Shown here: in pieces, positions 36,887-49,590 of the stretch
Numbering within the stretch: position 1 is the first letter of the stretch
Layout: each line of letters opens with the position of its first letter
Source of the DNA: Mobula hypostoma
Lineage: Eukaryota
DNA length: 64,000 bases
NCBI RefSeq assembly: GCF_963921235.1
Contig: NC_086098.1
Coordinates: forward strand, 992,001 to 1,056,000
Direction: 5' to 3'
Position numbers and translations under genes: made by a program
The notes under the pieces: generated by a model
The model's input: only the letters and a program-made list of their open reading frames with translations
The model's database searches: none
What the model was told of the DNA's origin: nothing

Positions 36887-39800
36887 GAACATAGAACATA
36901 GAATAGTACAGCACATAGAAACCATAGAAACCATAGAAACTACAGCACAGAAACAGGCCTTTTGGCCCTTCTTGGCTGTGCTGAACCATTTTCTGCCTAG
37001 TCCCACTGACCTGCACACGGACCGTATCCCTCCATACACCTCCCATCCATGTATCTGTCCAATTTATTCTTCAATATTAAAAAAGAACCCGCATTTACCA
37101 CCTCGTCTGGCAGCTCATTCCATACTCCCACCACTCTCTGTGTGAAGAAGCCCCCCGCTAATGTTCCCTTTAAACTTTTCCCCCCTCACCCTTAACCCAT
37201 GTCCTCTGGTTTTTTTCTCCCCTTGCCTCAGTGGAAAAAGCCTGCTTGCATTCACTCTATCTATACCCATCATAATTTTATGTACCTCTATCAAATCTCC
37301 CCTCGTTCTTCTACGCTCCAGGGAATAAAGTCCTAACCTATTCAACCTTTCTCTGTAACTGAGTTTCTCAAGTCCTGGCAACATCCTTGTAAACCTTCTC
37401 TGCACTCTTTCAACCTTATTAATATCCTTCCTGTAATTTGATGACCAAAACTGAAAACAATACTCCAGATTCGGCCTCACCAATGCCTTATACAACCTCA
37501 TCATAACATTCCAGCTCTTATACTCAATACTTTGATTAATAAAGGCCAATGTACCATAAGCTCTCTTTACGTCCCTATCTACCTGTGACGCCACTTTTAG
37601 GGAATTTTGTATCTGTATTCCCAGATCCCTCTGTTCCACTGCACTCCTCAGTGCCTTACCATTAACCCTGTATGTTCTACCTTGGTTTGTCCTTCCAACG
37701 TGCAATACCTCACACTTGTCTGTATTAAACTCCATCTGCCATTTTTCAGCCCATTTTTCCAGCTGGTCCAAGTCCCTCTGCAGGCTCTGAAAACCTTCCT
37801 CATTGTCTACTACACCTCCAATCTTTGTATCATCAGCAAATTTGCTGATCCACTTTACCACATTATCATCCAGATCATTGATATAGATGACAAATAACAA
37901 TGGACCCAGCACTGAACCCTGTGGCACACCACTAGTCACAGGCCTCCACTCGGAGAAGCAATTCTCTACTACCACTCTTTGGCTTCTTCCATTGAGCCAA
38001 TGTCTAATCCAATTTACCACCTCTCCATGTATACCTAGCGACTGAATTTTCCTAACTAACCTCCCGTGCGGGACCTTGTCAAAGGCCTTACTGAAGTCCA
38101 TGTAGACAATATCCACTGCCTTCCCTTCATCCACTTCCCTGGTAACCTCCTCGAAAAACTCGAATAGATTGGCCAAACATGACCTACCATGCACAAAGCC
38201 ATGTTGACTCTCCCTAATAAGTCCCTGTCTATCCAAATGCTTGTAGATTCCGTCTCTTAGTACTCCCACCAATAACTTATCTACTACCGACGTTAAACTT
38301 ACTGGCCTATAATTTCCTGGATTACTTTTTGATCCGTTTTTAAACAACGGAACAACATGAGCCACTCTCCAATCCTCCGGCACCTCACCTGTAGACAGCG
38401 AGATTTTAAATATTTCTGCCAGGGCCCCTGCAATTTCAACACTAGTCTCCTTCAAGGTCCGAGGGAACACCCTGTCAGGTCCCGGGGATTTATCCACTTT
38501 AATTTTCCTCAAGACAGCAAGGACCTCCTCCTTTTCGATCTGTACAGTTTCCATGATCTCACTACTTGTTTCCCTTAATTCCACAGACTTCATACCAGTT
38601 TCCTTAGTAAATACAGACGCAAAAAACCTATTTAAGATCTCCCCCATTTCCTTTGGTACTGCACATAGCCGACCACTCTGATCTTCAAGAGGACCAATTT
38701 TATCCCTTACAATCCTTTAGCTCTTAATATACCTGTAAAAGCTCTTTGGATTATCCTTCACTTTGACTGCCAAGGCAACCTCATGTCTTCTTCTAGCCCT
38801 CCTGATTTCTTTCTTAAGTATTTTCTTGCACTTCTTATATTCCTCAAGCACCTTATTTACTCCCTGCTTCCTATATGTGTCATACAACTCCCTCTTCTTC
38901 TTTATCAGAGTTGCAATATCCCTTGAGAACCAAGGTTCCTTATTCCTATTCACTTTGCCTTTAATCCTGACAGGAACATACAAATTCTGCACTCTCAAAA
39001 TTTCTCCTTTGAGGGCTTCCCACCTACCGGTCACATCTTTGCCAGAGAACAACCTGCCCCAATCCACGCTTTTTAGATCCTTTCTCCTTTCTTCAAATTT
39101 GGCCTCCTTCCAGTTCAGAACCTCAACCCTAGGACCAGATCTATCCTTGTCCATGATCCTTCGGCCCACAATGTTGTGCCGACCCTCAAACCCTGCCTCC
39201 CATATAACCCCCCACCTTAAATTCCTCCATATACCTGTCTAGTTGTCTCTTCAACTTCACGAGTGTATCTGCCTTCACCACTGACTCAGGCAGTGCATTC
39301 CACGCACCAACCACTCTCTGAGTAAAAAACCTTCCTCTAATATCCCCCTTGAACTTCCCACCCTATACCTTAAAGCCATGTCCTCTTGTATTGAGCAGTG
39401 GTGCCCTGGGGAAGAGGCGCTGGCTATCCACTCTATCTATTTTTCTTATTATCTTGTACACCTCTATCATGTCTCCTCTCATCCTCCTCCTCTCCAAAGG
39501 GTAAAGCCCTAGTTCCCTTAATCTCTGATCATAATGCATACTCTTTAAACCAGGCAGCATCCTGGTAAATCTCCTCTGTACCCTTTCCAATGCTTCCACA
39601 TCCTTCCTATAGTGAGGCGACCAGAACTGGACACAATACTCCAAGTGTGGCCTAACCAGAGTTTTATAGAGCTGCATCATTATATCGCGACTCTTAAACT
39701 CTATCCCTCGACTTATGAAAGCTAACACCCCATAAGCTTTCTTAACTACCCTATCGACCTGTGAGGCAACTTTCAGGGATCTGTGGACATGTACCCCCAG

Positions 39801-40248
39801 ATCCCTCTGCTCCTCCACACTACCAAGTATCCTGCCATTTACTTTGTACTCTGCCTTGGAGTTTGTCCTTCCAAAGTGTACCACCTCACACTTCTCCGGT
39901 TTGAACTCTCTCTGCCACTTCTCAGCCCACTTCTGCATCCTATCAATGTCTCTCTGCAATCTTCCACAATCCTCTATACTATCTACAACACCACCAACCT
40001 TTGTGTCATCTGCGAACTTGCCAACCCACCCTTCTACCCTAACATCCAGGTCGTTAATAAAAATCACGAAAAGTACAGGTCCCAGAACGGATCCTTGTGG
40101 GACACCAGTAGTCACAACCCTCCAATCTGAATGTACTCCCTCTGCCTTCTGCAGGCAAGCCAATTCTGAATCGACCTGGCCAAACTTCCCTGGATCCCAT
40201 GCCTTCTGACTTTCTGAATAAGCCTATCGTGTGGAACCTTGTCAAATG
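36887..40248 (-). mobile_element. CR1 subfamily C (36887-36914 and 39158-40248), split in its 3' UTR
   Basis: ORF 39363-40163 (FADD); tail at 36887; UTR resumes at CCTTCGGCCCACAATG. Confidence 0.88.
36915..39157 (-). mobile_element. CR1 subfamily B, 5'-truncated, with a 510-aa open RT region
   Basis: ORF 37115-38647 ([29 protein letters not shown]); (TTTCTATGG)n tail. Confidence 0.95.
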
Positions 40249-42072
40249 CCCTCGGATGCAGTTCCTCTGGTCTGGTTGACTTATTTACCTGTAGGTCTTT
40301 TAGCTTTTTGAGCACCTTCTCTCTTGCAGCAGTAATTGCACCTACTTCTCTTCCTTCACACACTACAACATCAGACATAGTGCTAGTGTCTTCCACAGTG
40401 AAGATTGATGCAAAATACTCATTAGTTCATCAGCCATCTCCTTGTCCCTCATTATTATTTCTCTTGCCTCATTTTCTAGCAATCCTATATCCACTCTCAT
40501 CTCTCTTTTTATTTTTAACATCTTGAAAAAACTTTTACTATCCACTTTGATATTATTTGCTGGCTTGTTGTCATATTTCACCTTTTCCCTTCCAATGATT
40601 GTTTTAGTTGCTCTCTGTAGGTTTTTTAAAACTTTCCAATCCTCTATCTTCCCACTAATTTTTCCTTCGTTGTATGCCTTCTCTTTTGTTTTAACATTTG
40701 CTTTGACTTCCCTTGTCAGCCACGGTTGTACTATTTTACCATTTGAGTATTTCTTCATTTTTGGAATACACATGTCCTGCACCTTCCTCATTTTTCCCAG
40801 AAAGGCACATCATTGCTGCTCTTCTGACATCCCTGCCAGCAGCTCCTTCCAATTTACTTTGGTCAACACCTCTCTAATACCACTGTAATTTCCCTTACTC
40901 CACTGAAAAACTGCTACACCAGACTTTACTTTCCTACTTATCAAGTTTCAAGTTGAACTCAATCATATTGTGATCACTGGTTCCTCAGAGTTCTTTTACC
41001 TTAAGCTCCTTAATGACCTCTGGTTCATTACATAACACCCAATCCAGTATAGCTGATCCCCTAGTAGGCTCAACAACAAACTGCTCTAAAAAGCTACCTC
41101 TTAGGCGTTCAACAAACTCATTCTCTTGAGATCCATTACCAACCTGATTTTCCTGATCGACCTGCATGTTAAAATCTCCCATGACTATCATAACATTGCC
41201 ATTTTGATTTGCCTTATCTATTTCCTGTTGTAACCTGTGATCCACCTCCCAGAAATTGTTGGCAGGCCTGTATATAACTGCCATCAACATCCTTTTACCC
41301 TTGCAGTTTCTTAACTCAACCCACAAGGATTCAACATCTTTCAATCCTATGTCACATCTTTCTACTGATTTGATGCCATTCTTTACCAGTAGAGCCACAC
41401 CACCCCCTCTGCCTACCTTCCTATCCCTCCAATATAACGTGTAACCTTGGACATTCAGCTCCTAACTACAACCATCCTTCAGCCACAATTTAGTGAAAGC
41501 CATAATATAATACCTGACAATCTGTGATATTTCAACTAGATCATCCACCTTATTTCTTATACTACGCACATTTAGTTACAACACCCTGAGTCCCGTATTT
41601 GCTATCCTTTCTGATTCTGTATCCCTAAGTATTTGACACTCAGCCTGTTGGCTGCAACTAAATTTCGTCATCTGCCTTCCCTTCCTGACAATCTGACTGG
41701 ATGCTATCTTTACTTTTTTACTATTAGTCCTATCCTGAGTCTCTTCACTCTGGTTCCCACCTCCCCAACCCCCCCCCCCCCACCTGCCAAGTTAGTTTAA
41801 ACCCTCCCCAACAGATCTAACAAACCTCCCCATGAGAATATTCGTCCCCCTGGGGTTCAGGTGCAACCCATCACTTTTGAGCAGGTCTTACCTTCCCCAG
41901 AAGAGATCCCAATGATCCAAGAACCCGAAGCCCTGCCCCGTGCACCAGCTTTACAGTCACGCATTAATCTGCCAAATCATCCTGCTTCTACCCTCACTGA
42001 TGTGTGGCACAGGCTGCAATCCAAAAATGACTACCCGGGAGGTCCTGTTTCTCAGCTTCCTACCTAGAAATA

Positions 42073-42129
42073 CACTCAGTGCCTACTTTATTATGTACAA
42101 AAGGTACCTAATAAAGTGGCCACTTAGTG
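42073..42129. mobile_element. Minimal Tc1/mariner-type MITE
   Basis: 26-bp TIRs (22/26 match), 5-bp spacer, TA on both sides. Confidence 0.75.
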
Positions 42130-43119
42130 TACAGATGTCAGTGACAATAAACCTGATTCTAATTATGAGTATTAATCTAACAATTTGTTAAGCTGCTCCT
42201 TGCATCGCAGTGACTGCAGATGATGGCTCACTAAAGACTGTCTAAGCTCATATAATGTGAGCCCTGTTACACCATTTCTCAGCAATAATGTTTTCTTACT
42301 TCTGAATATCAGCATTTGAATTAGCAGGTTAGTAATTCATGAGTAATAATTTGAGTAATTCCTGGTAAAAAAAAATGGCTCTTGCCTGCTGTGGATTCCA
42401 GAGACTGAATTCCTTTTGTGTTGACTAAAAGGGCCAACTCACTAGAGAAAAAAATGGATGGACAAATCACTCATCTATGCAAATACCGGTAGAGTATGGT
42501 CACATTCATTTCTTCCTGTCCTCATTACAGTAAACAAGAGTCATGACTGGCAGTTAGAAATATGATTTGTGCCCCTTGCTAGCTTTCCAAGCTCATGCCA
42601 CCAGGGAATAGCTGAAGGTCACATCATCAGATACTTACAGCAAATTTGATTGACAAACATTAGTCTGGTTTGGCAATATAACTGTGTAATTAAAGAAAGC
42701 ATTGAAGTTGCAAACATTGCTTATGCCTAAATATTTTGTACTGTCTCTTCATCACAGAACTGGAAATTACAATTCACAATCAGTAATAATCAATTCTCAG
42801 CACAGATTGGCATTAAATACTGTTACTATAATTGTAATGTACAGCCAACATATTTAAAACAAAGTCATAATTTACAAAGATTTTGATAAAGTTCTACAGA
42901 ATTTTGAAAAGATAATAGGGGTTTTGCAAATGTTATTTGTCTCTAAGAATCGCAGTTACAACAGTTACAGTACAAACAGTAATACTGTATGTGCATTTAT
43001 ATGCATTTATTACATTGTTGGTAGGGTGTTATCTCTTTTCAATTGGAAATGAATGACCTTTGAGTGTTTGCACAAAATTAACAGGTATCACATTTTCGGA
43101 TTTTGTGACTAATTTCTCT

Positions 43120-43560
43120 AGAAAGCATTCAAAGCAGGTACAGGAACATTTATTCCCCTCAACCATCTGACTTCTGAACCATTGAGGATAACTTCACTCA
43201 CCGCAACACCAGCCTACCCGCTATCAAGGAAATATATACAAAAATGTGCCAATGATGAAGAATCCCACCCACCCTGCTCGAGCACTGTTAGCCCTCTCCC
43301 ATCAGGAAGGAGGCTCCATAGCATCCACACCAGGACCACCAAATTCAGAAACAGTTACTTTCCCCAAGCAGTAAAGATGATCAACACCCACTAACCCACC
43401 CCCACACCCCCAACCACCACTACTTTATCCTTTCCTGTCAGTCATCTTATGTACAGACACTCCTGTGCCCAGCATCACTTTGTTGGTATCCGATCAATTT
43501 ACGTATATATACTTTCTTATTTATTGTTTTTTTTTCATTTTTGTGTTCTTTATATTATTA
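43120..43560 (+). mobile_element. Rex/L2-type LINE 3' fragments
   Basis: PLPSGRRLHSIHTRTTKFRNSYFPQAVKMIN. Confidence 0.65.
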
Positions 43561-43659
43561 TGTTTCAAAGGCTTCAAATGTATATTTAATGTCAGAGAAA
43601 TGTATACAATATACACCCTGAAATGCTTTTACTTCTCAACCAATATATATATATATTGG

Positions 43660-44175
43660 TTCCTTCATGCTGTTATTGGTGGGGGTGATAGTGGGACAAG
43701 CTCCCACTACCTATTAAATGCTCCCAGTGGCATGCCACTCAAACAGCCTCTGACAGCTCCTGGCAGCTCCTGGCACTTACATGTGCCGACGCTACTAGGC
43801 CTAGCAGAACTATTTCTACTGACAGGAGAAGGGGCAAAGGTGGGCTACTGGTGCCTTAAAACCAGTCGCTTCAGGCAGATGGGGCTCGTCAGCTGGGGTT
43901 GGCAGCTTATCTAGGAGAAGGAAAACTCTGATCTCAAACCTTGACTGTCTTGCAGCTATACACTCTGGTGGGGAAGGGTTCGGGAGTAAACCCCAAGGAA
44001 AACTCTGGAGCACCAGTCCCTAAGGCAGTTCTACATTGAGCTCAATGCCGACTGACAACTCCTGTGATGCTACTGGTGCCAAACTCTGCTGTTCCTTTGG
44101 GTTTTTCAGATGCATGGAGAGGAGGAGCTTGCTGCGTTAGAAACAGCTTGCTCTCCATATTGTACTACCCTGGCA
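43660..44175 (+). mobile_element. Non-coding interspersed repeat, possibly RTE-related
   Basis: Motif CTAGGAGAAGGAAAACTCTGA recalled from RTE-type 5' regions; not verified. Confidence 0.35.
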
Positions 44176-44179
44176 TATA

Positions 44180-45170
44180 TATTTGTTACCATTGGCATGT
44201 GTCTCGAAATGTGTTAACTTAGCAGCAGCAGTTAAATGTAATACATAATATAAAAGAAGAAGAAATAAAATAATAAAATAATAAATAAGTAAATCAATTA
44301 CAGTATACATATATTTAATAGATTAAAAATTGTGCAAAAAACAAAAATAATATATTTTAAAACAATGAGATAGTGTTCACAGGTTCAATGTCCATTTAGG
44401 AATCTGATCGCAAAGGGGAAAAAGCTGTTCCTGCCTGAATCGCTGAGTGTGTGCCTTCAAGCTTCTGTACTTGTTACTTGATGGAAACAGTGAGAAAAGG
44501 GCGTGCGCTGGGTGCTGGAGGTCCTTAACAACGGACGCTGCCTTTCTGAGACACCGAGCGGTATAGCTATATTAGGCTAGTACTCAAGATGGAGTCGACT
44601 AAATTTACAACCCTCTGTAGCTTCTTTTGGTCCTGTGCAGTAGCCCCACCATACCAGACAGTGATGCAGCCTGTCAGAATGCTCTCCACAGTACAACTAT
44701 AGAAGTTTTTGAGTGTATTTGTTGATGTACCAAATCTCTTCAAAGTCCTATTGAAAGACTGTCTTGCCTTCTGTATAACTACATAGATATGTTGGGACCA
44801 GGTTAGATCCTCAGAGATCTTGACACCCAGGAACTTGAAACTGCTCACTCTCTCCACTTCTGACCCCCTCTATGAGGATTGGTATGTGTTCCTTTGTATT
44901 ACCCTTCCTGAAGACCACAATCAGCTCTTTCATCTTACTGACATTGAGTGCAAGTTGCTGCTTGCACTCAAGAGTGCAAAGAATGGAAAAAAATGTGGAG
45001 GCAGTGTTCATGGGCTCATTGTTCATTCAGGAATCTGATAGTAGGGGAAGAAGCTGTTCCTGAAAAGTTGAGAGTGTGTCTTCAGACTCCTGTACCTCCT
45101 CCTTGAAGGTGGCATGTCCTGGATGGCGAGGGTCCTGCATGATGGATGAGAACCTTTTTGAGTTGTTACC
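44180..45170 (-). mobile_element. Rex1/Babar-like LINE fragments
   Basis: ERVSSFKFLGVKISEDLTWS...FYSCTVESILTGCITVWYG; inverted sister of 46490-47838. Confidence 0.82.
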
Positions 45171-45174
45171 TTTA

Positions 45175-46125
45175 GAAGATCTCCTCGATTCTCTGCAATG
45201 TTTTCTCACTTGCCTGGTTTTCACACAGGGGCTTTGATCTGAAATGTTAATACTGTGTTCACATGAGAGCTTTGATTGTTCCCTGCATGATTCCCTTGTC
45301 CAGTCGTCCCTCTCCACTAATCTCATTCCAGGCACTCATCCCTGCAAGTGGCCAAAGTGCTACACCTGTCCATTCATCTCCTCCTTCACCTCCATTTCAT
45401 TCCCTCAAACAGTCCTTCCAGGTGAAGCAACACTTCACCTGTGAATCTGCTCAGATCATCTATTGTGTCTGGTCTTCCCAATGTGGCCTCCTCTACATTG
45501 GTGAGACCCATCGTAATTTGGGGAAATGCTTCATTGAGCACCTCTGCTCCATCTGCCAAAAGAGGAAATTCCCAGTGGCCACACATTTTAATTCCGATTC
45601 CTATTCCCGTTCTGACATGTTTTGTCCATGGCCTCCTCTTGTGCCACAATGAGGTCACTCTCAGTGTGGAGGAGTAACACTTTATACTCTGTCTGGGTAT
45701 CCTCCAACCTGATGCCATGAATATCAATTTCTCATTCTGGTAAAAAAGTATTTCCATCCCCCTCCCTTCATCTATTCCCCACTCAGGCTCTTTACCTTTT
45801 CTCTCCTGCCTATCACCTACCCTGGGTCCCCTTCTCCTTCCCTTTTTCCTATGGTCCACTCTCCTCTCCTATCAGTTTCCATCTTCTCCCGCCTAGTACC
45901 TTTCTGACCCATCTGGCTTCACCTAATGTCTTCTTGCTGTCTTCCTTCCCCTCCTCCACCTCCATCTCTTTATTCTGACATTTCCCCCTTCCTTTTCAGC
46001 CCTGAAGAAGGGTCTCGGCCGAAATGTTGACTGTTCCATAGATGCTGCCTGTCCTGCTGAGTTCTATCAGCATTTTGTGAGTGTTGCTCTTGATTTTCAG
46101 CATCTGCACGCTTTCTTCTGTTTGT
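45175..46125 (+). mobile_element. Older Penelope-like 3' fragment (decayed GIY-YIG and pseudo-LTR)
   Basis: FTCESAQIIYC..QCGLLYIGET; degenerate hammerhead CTGAAGA...GAAATGTT at about 46002-46029. Confidence 0.82.
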
Positions 46126-46317
46126 AATAATAAATCTATTTCTGATTCTGACTTCTGGACAGCCCATGAGCCCATGGACCTGAACTTGTAATTTATCGTT
46201 TGTACTATTTATTTATTTTGTAATTTATAGTAATTTTATATATTTGTAGTGTTTGGTTGCTGCACAACAAGAAATTTCAGGGCAGACAAATCAGTGATAA
46301 TAAAGCTGATGGTAAGC

Positions 46318-46428
46318 ATGAGTGTGAGTGTGTCACTGTGAATGTGTGTGAGAATAAGCGAGTGCGAGTGAGAATGTGCGTGTGGCTGTGTATATGGGTG
46401 AGTGTGTCAATGTGTGTGAGTGTGAGTG
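46318..46428. repeat. Degenerate (TG)n/(GTGA)n microsatellite
   Basis: Seen directly. Confidence 0.8.
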
Positions 46429-46706
46429 ACAATGAGGCAGGGACAGACTGTCAGGTACTCATTGCATCCACCTATCATCAATTTCCATCTATAAATTTGC
46501 TGATGATACAACCATTGTTGGTAGAATCTCAGGTGGTGATGAGGGGGCGTACAGGAGTGAGATATGCCAACTAGTGGAGTGGTGCCACAGCAACAACCTG
46601 GCACTCAACATCAGTAAGATGAAAGAGATGATCGTGGATTTCTGGAAGGGTAAGACGAAGGAACACATACCAAACCTCATAGAGGGATCAGAAGTGGAGA
46701 GAGTGA

Positions 46707-46829
46707 CACACATAAAAATTGTTGGTGAATGTAGCAGGCCAGGCAGCATCTATAGGAAGAGGTACAGTCGATGTTTTGAGCCGAGACCCTTCGTTACTTG
46801 AAATTCCAGCATCTGCAGATTTCCTCGAG
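46707..46829. mobile_element. Penelope-derived insertion (inverted arm plus tail)
   Basis: 14-bp TSD AGTGGAGAGAGTGA (46693-46706, 46830-46843). Confidence 0.85.
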
Positions 46830-47317
46830 AGTGGAGAGAGTGAGCATCTTCAAGTTCCTGGGTGTCAAGATCTCTGAGGATCTAACCTGGTCCTAACATA
46901 TTGATGCAGTTATAAAGAAGGCAAGACAACAGCTATACTTTATGAGGAGTTTGAAGAGATTTGGCATGTCAACAGATACACTCAAAAACTTCTATAGTTG
47001 TATGGAGAGCATTCTGACAGGCTGCATCACTGTCTGGTATGGAGGGGCTACTGCACAGGACCGAAAGAAGCTGCAGAAGGTTGTAAACCTAGTCAGCTCC
47101 ATCTTGGGTACTAGCCTACAAAGTATCCAGGACAGCTTCAGGGAGCGGTGTCTTCAGAAAGGCAGCATCCATTTTTAAGGACCATTATTAAGGACACAGG
47201 GCATGCCCTTTTCTCACTGCTACCATCAGGTAGGAGGTACAGAAGTCTGAAGGCACACACTCAGCGATTCAGGAACAGCTTCTTCCCCTTTTAATATACA
47301 GTATTTGTCTTTTGCAC

Positions 47318-47638
47318 GCAACACACATCAAAGTTGCTGGTGAACGCAGCAGGCCAGGCAGTATCTCTAGGAAGAGGTACAGTCGACGTTTCGGGCCGAG
47401 ACCCTTCGTCAGGACTAAGTGAAGGAAGAGCTAGTAAGATCTAGTAAGAGCTAGTAAGAGCTAGTAAGAGCTAGTAAGAATCTCTTACTAGCTCTTCCTT
47501 CAGTTAGTCCTAACGAAGGGTCTCGGCCTGAAATGTCGACTGTACCTCTTCCTAGAGATGCTGCCTGGCCTGCTGCATTCACCAGCAACTTTGATGTGTG
47601 TTGCTTGAATTTCCAGCATCTGTAGAATTCCTGGTGTT
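47318..47638. mobile_element. Penelope-derived hairpin insertion with an intact hammerhead motif on minus (47380-47417)
   Basis: About 125-bp inverted arms; imperfect TSD TTTGTCTTT(T)GCA; core CTGACGA-AGGGTCTCGGCCC-GAAACGTC. Confidence 0.88.
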
Positions 47639-47844
47639 TTTGTCTTTGCATGTTTTTTTCCATCTATTTAATATATGTAATTGATTTACTTGTTTGTTTA
47701 TTATTATTACGTTTTATTTTATTTATTATTATTATTATTACTACTCTCTGCTAGATTATGTATTGTATTGAACTGCTGTTGCTAAGTTAACAAATTTTAC
47801 GTCACATGCCGGTGATAATAAACCTGATTTTGATTCTGACCAGC

Positions 47845-48130
47845 CAACGAGTTAGGACTACAGCTCCCGACACCCTTTGCCCTGGGAGCTCACCGGAAGT
47901 AGGGCCTGTTTACTTCCGGAAAAGAGCGGGGAGGGGGTCAGAGTTGCGATGGGACTGTTCGTGAGATAGCTCCGCTGAATAACCGGCTCCGTTGGCACCA
48001 CGGGAGGAGTCGCGGTGTGTCCCGGCGCTCCGCAGCAGGTACTGGCGTTAGTCGGCAAACGGGAGTGGTGTATGTTTAAATCCGGATCAAGCACGCCCCC
48101 TCCCTCGGGTGCTGTCAGGCCCCTCGCCCC
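47845..48130 (+). promoter_or_regulatory. CpG-rich housekeeping-type promoter and candidate first exon
   Basis: ZNF143-like ACTACAGCTCCCGACA (47857-47872); ETS ACCGGAAGT (47892-47900) and ACTTCCGG (47912-47919); GGGGAGGGG (47928-47936); donor-like CAG|GTACTG after 48038. Confidence 0.7.
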
Positions 48131-48450
48131 TCTCCCCCTCCCTTGGGTGCTGTCAGGTTTCTCACTAAGCCCCCGCCCTCACCTCTGGGTGCTGACGAGT
48201 TATCACTGCACCCGCTCCCATGTGTGTTAGGGTGGGAGATGCTTGTGGCCCGGCTCTCTTACATAAGTTGTGTTCAAGAATCACCGGGTTCCATTTTTAG
48301 ATGTTTGGCAAGCTGCCAGCTCAGGGTGGTTGGAAACAGCAGGCTATGTGCTTATTGCACCCATTTCAAGGACCGATCTCTCTCACGCACCCAGAGTCAA
48401 AGGAAAAGTCACAAGTAAATAGTAAGAAGTTGACCGTAAATATGCACATT

Positions 48451-49590
48451 ATAGAACGTAGAATAGTACAGCACAGTACAGGCCCTTCGGCCCACAATGT
48501 TGTGCCGACCCTCTAACCCATATAACCCCCTCCCCCTTAAATTCCTCCATATACCTGTCTAACAGTCTCTTAAATTTCACTAGTATATCTGCCACCACCA
48601 CTGACTCAGGCAGTGCATTCCATGCACCAACCACTCTTTGAGTAAAAAACTTTCCTCTAATATCCCCCTTGAACTTCCCACCCTTTACCTTTAAACCATG
48701 TCCTCTTGTATTGAGCAGTGGTGCCCTGGGGAAGAGGCGCTGGCTGTCCACTCTATCTATTCCTCTTAATATCTTGTATACCTCTATCACGTTTCCCCTC
48801 ATTCTCCTCTCCAAAGAGTAAAGCCCTAGCTCCCTTAATCTCTGATCGTAATGCACACTCTCTAAACAGGCAGTGTCCTGGTAAATCTCCTCTGTACCCC
48901 TTCCAATGCTTCCACATCCTTCCTATAGTGAGGCGACCAGAACTGGACACAGTACTCCAAGTGTGGTCTAACCAGAGTTTTATAGAGCTACATCATTACC
49001 CCGCAACTCTTAAACTTTATCCCTTGACTTATGAAAGCAAGCACCCCATAAGCTTTCTTAACTACCCTATCTACCTGTGAGGCAACTTTCAGGGATCTGT
49101 GGACATGTACCCCCAGATCCCTCTGCTCCTCCACACTACCAAGTATCCTGCCATTTACTTTGTACTCTGCCTTGGAGTTTGTCCTTCCAAAGTGTACCAT
49201 CTCACACTTCTCCGGGTTGAACTCCATCTGCCACTTCTCAGTCCACTTCTGCATCCTATCAATGTCTCTATGCAACCTTTGACAATCCTCTACACTATCC
49301 ACAACACCACCAACCTTTGTGTCATCTGCAAACTTGCCAACCCACCCTTCTAGCCCCACATCCAGGTCGTTAATAAAAATCACGAAAAGTAGAGGTCCCA
49401 GAACTGATACTTGTGGGACACCACTAGTCACAATCCTCCAATCCGAATGTACTCCCTCCACCACCACCCTCTGCCTTCTGCAGGCAAGCCAATTCTGAAT
49501 CCACCTGGCCAAACTTCCCTGGATCCCATGCCTTCTGACTTTCTGAATATGGAAGCCTAACGTGTGGAACCTTGTCAAATGCCTTACTAA
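48451..49590 (-). mobile_element. CR1 subfamily C RT to 3' fragment
   Basis: ORFs 48449-48856 and 48988-49578 (FADD). Confidence 0.92.

Larger units (their letters stand above)
35510..42067 (-). mobile_element. Old CR1 (35510-36886 and 40249-42067) reaching the ORF1 esterase region
   Basis: RT, EN (YRP, GDFN) and ORF1 DGLHLNPRGTNIL near 41840-41880; host rejoins across the nested CR1s. Confidence 0.8.
46490..47838 (+). mobile_element. Rex1/Babar-like LINE 3' part containing two Penelope insertions
   Basis: WCHSNNLALNISKMKEMIVDF; DUF1891-like C-terminus; AATAAACC(TGATTC)n tail. Confidence 0.85.

Noticed and set aside
36887..36945. CRISPR-like or satellite array
   Set aside because: Stacked CR1 microsatellite tails; no spacers, eukaryotic context.
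44180..47838. Large inverted repeat as the TIRs of a composite transposon
   Set aside because: Two independently truncated copies of the same LINE family in opposite orientation; no TSD seen.
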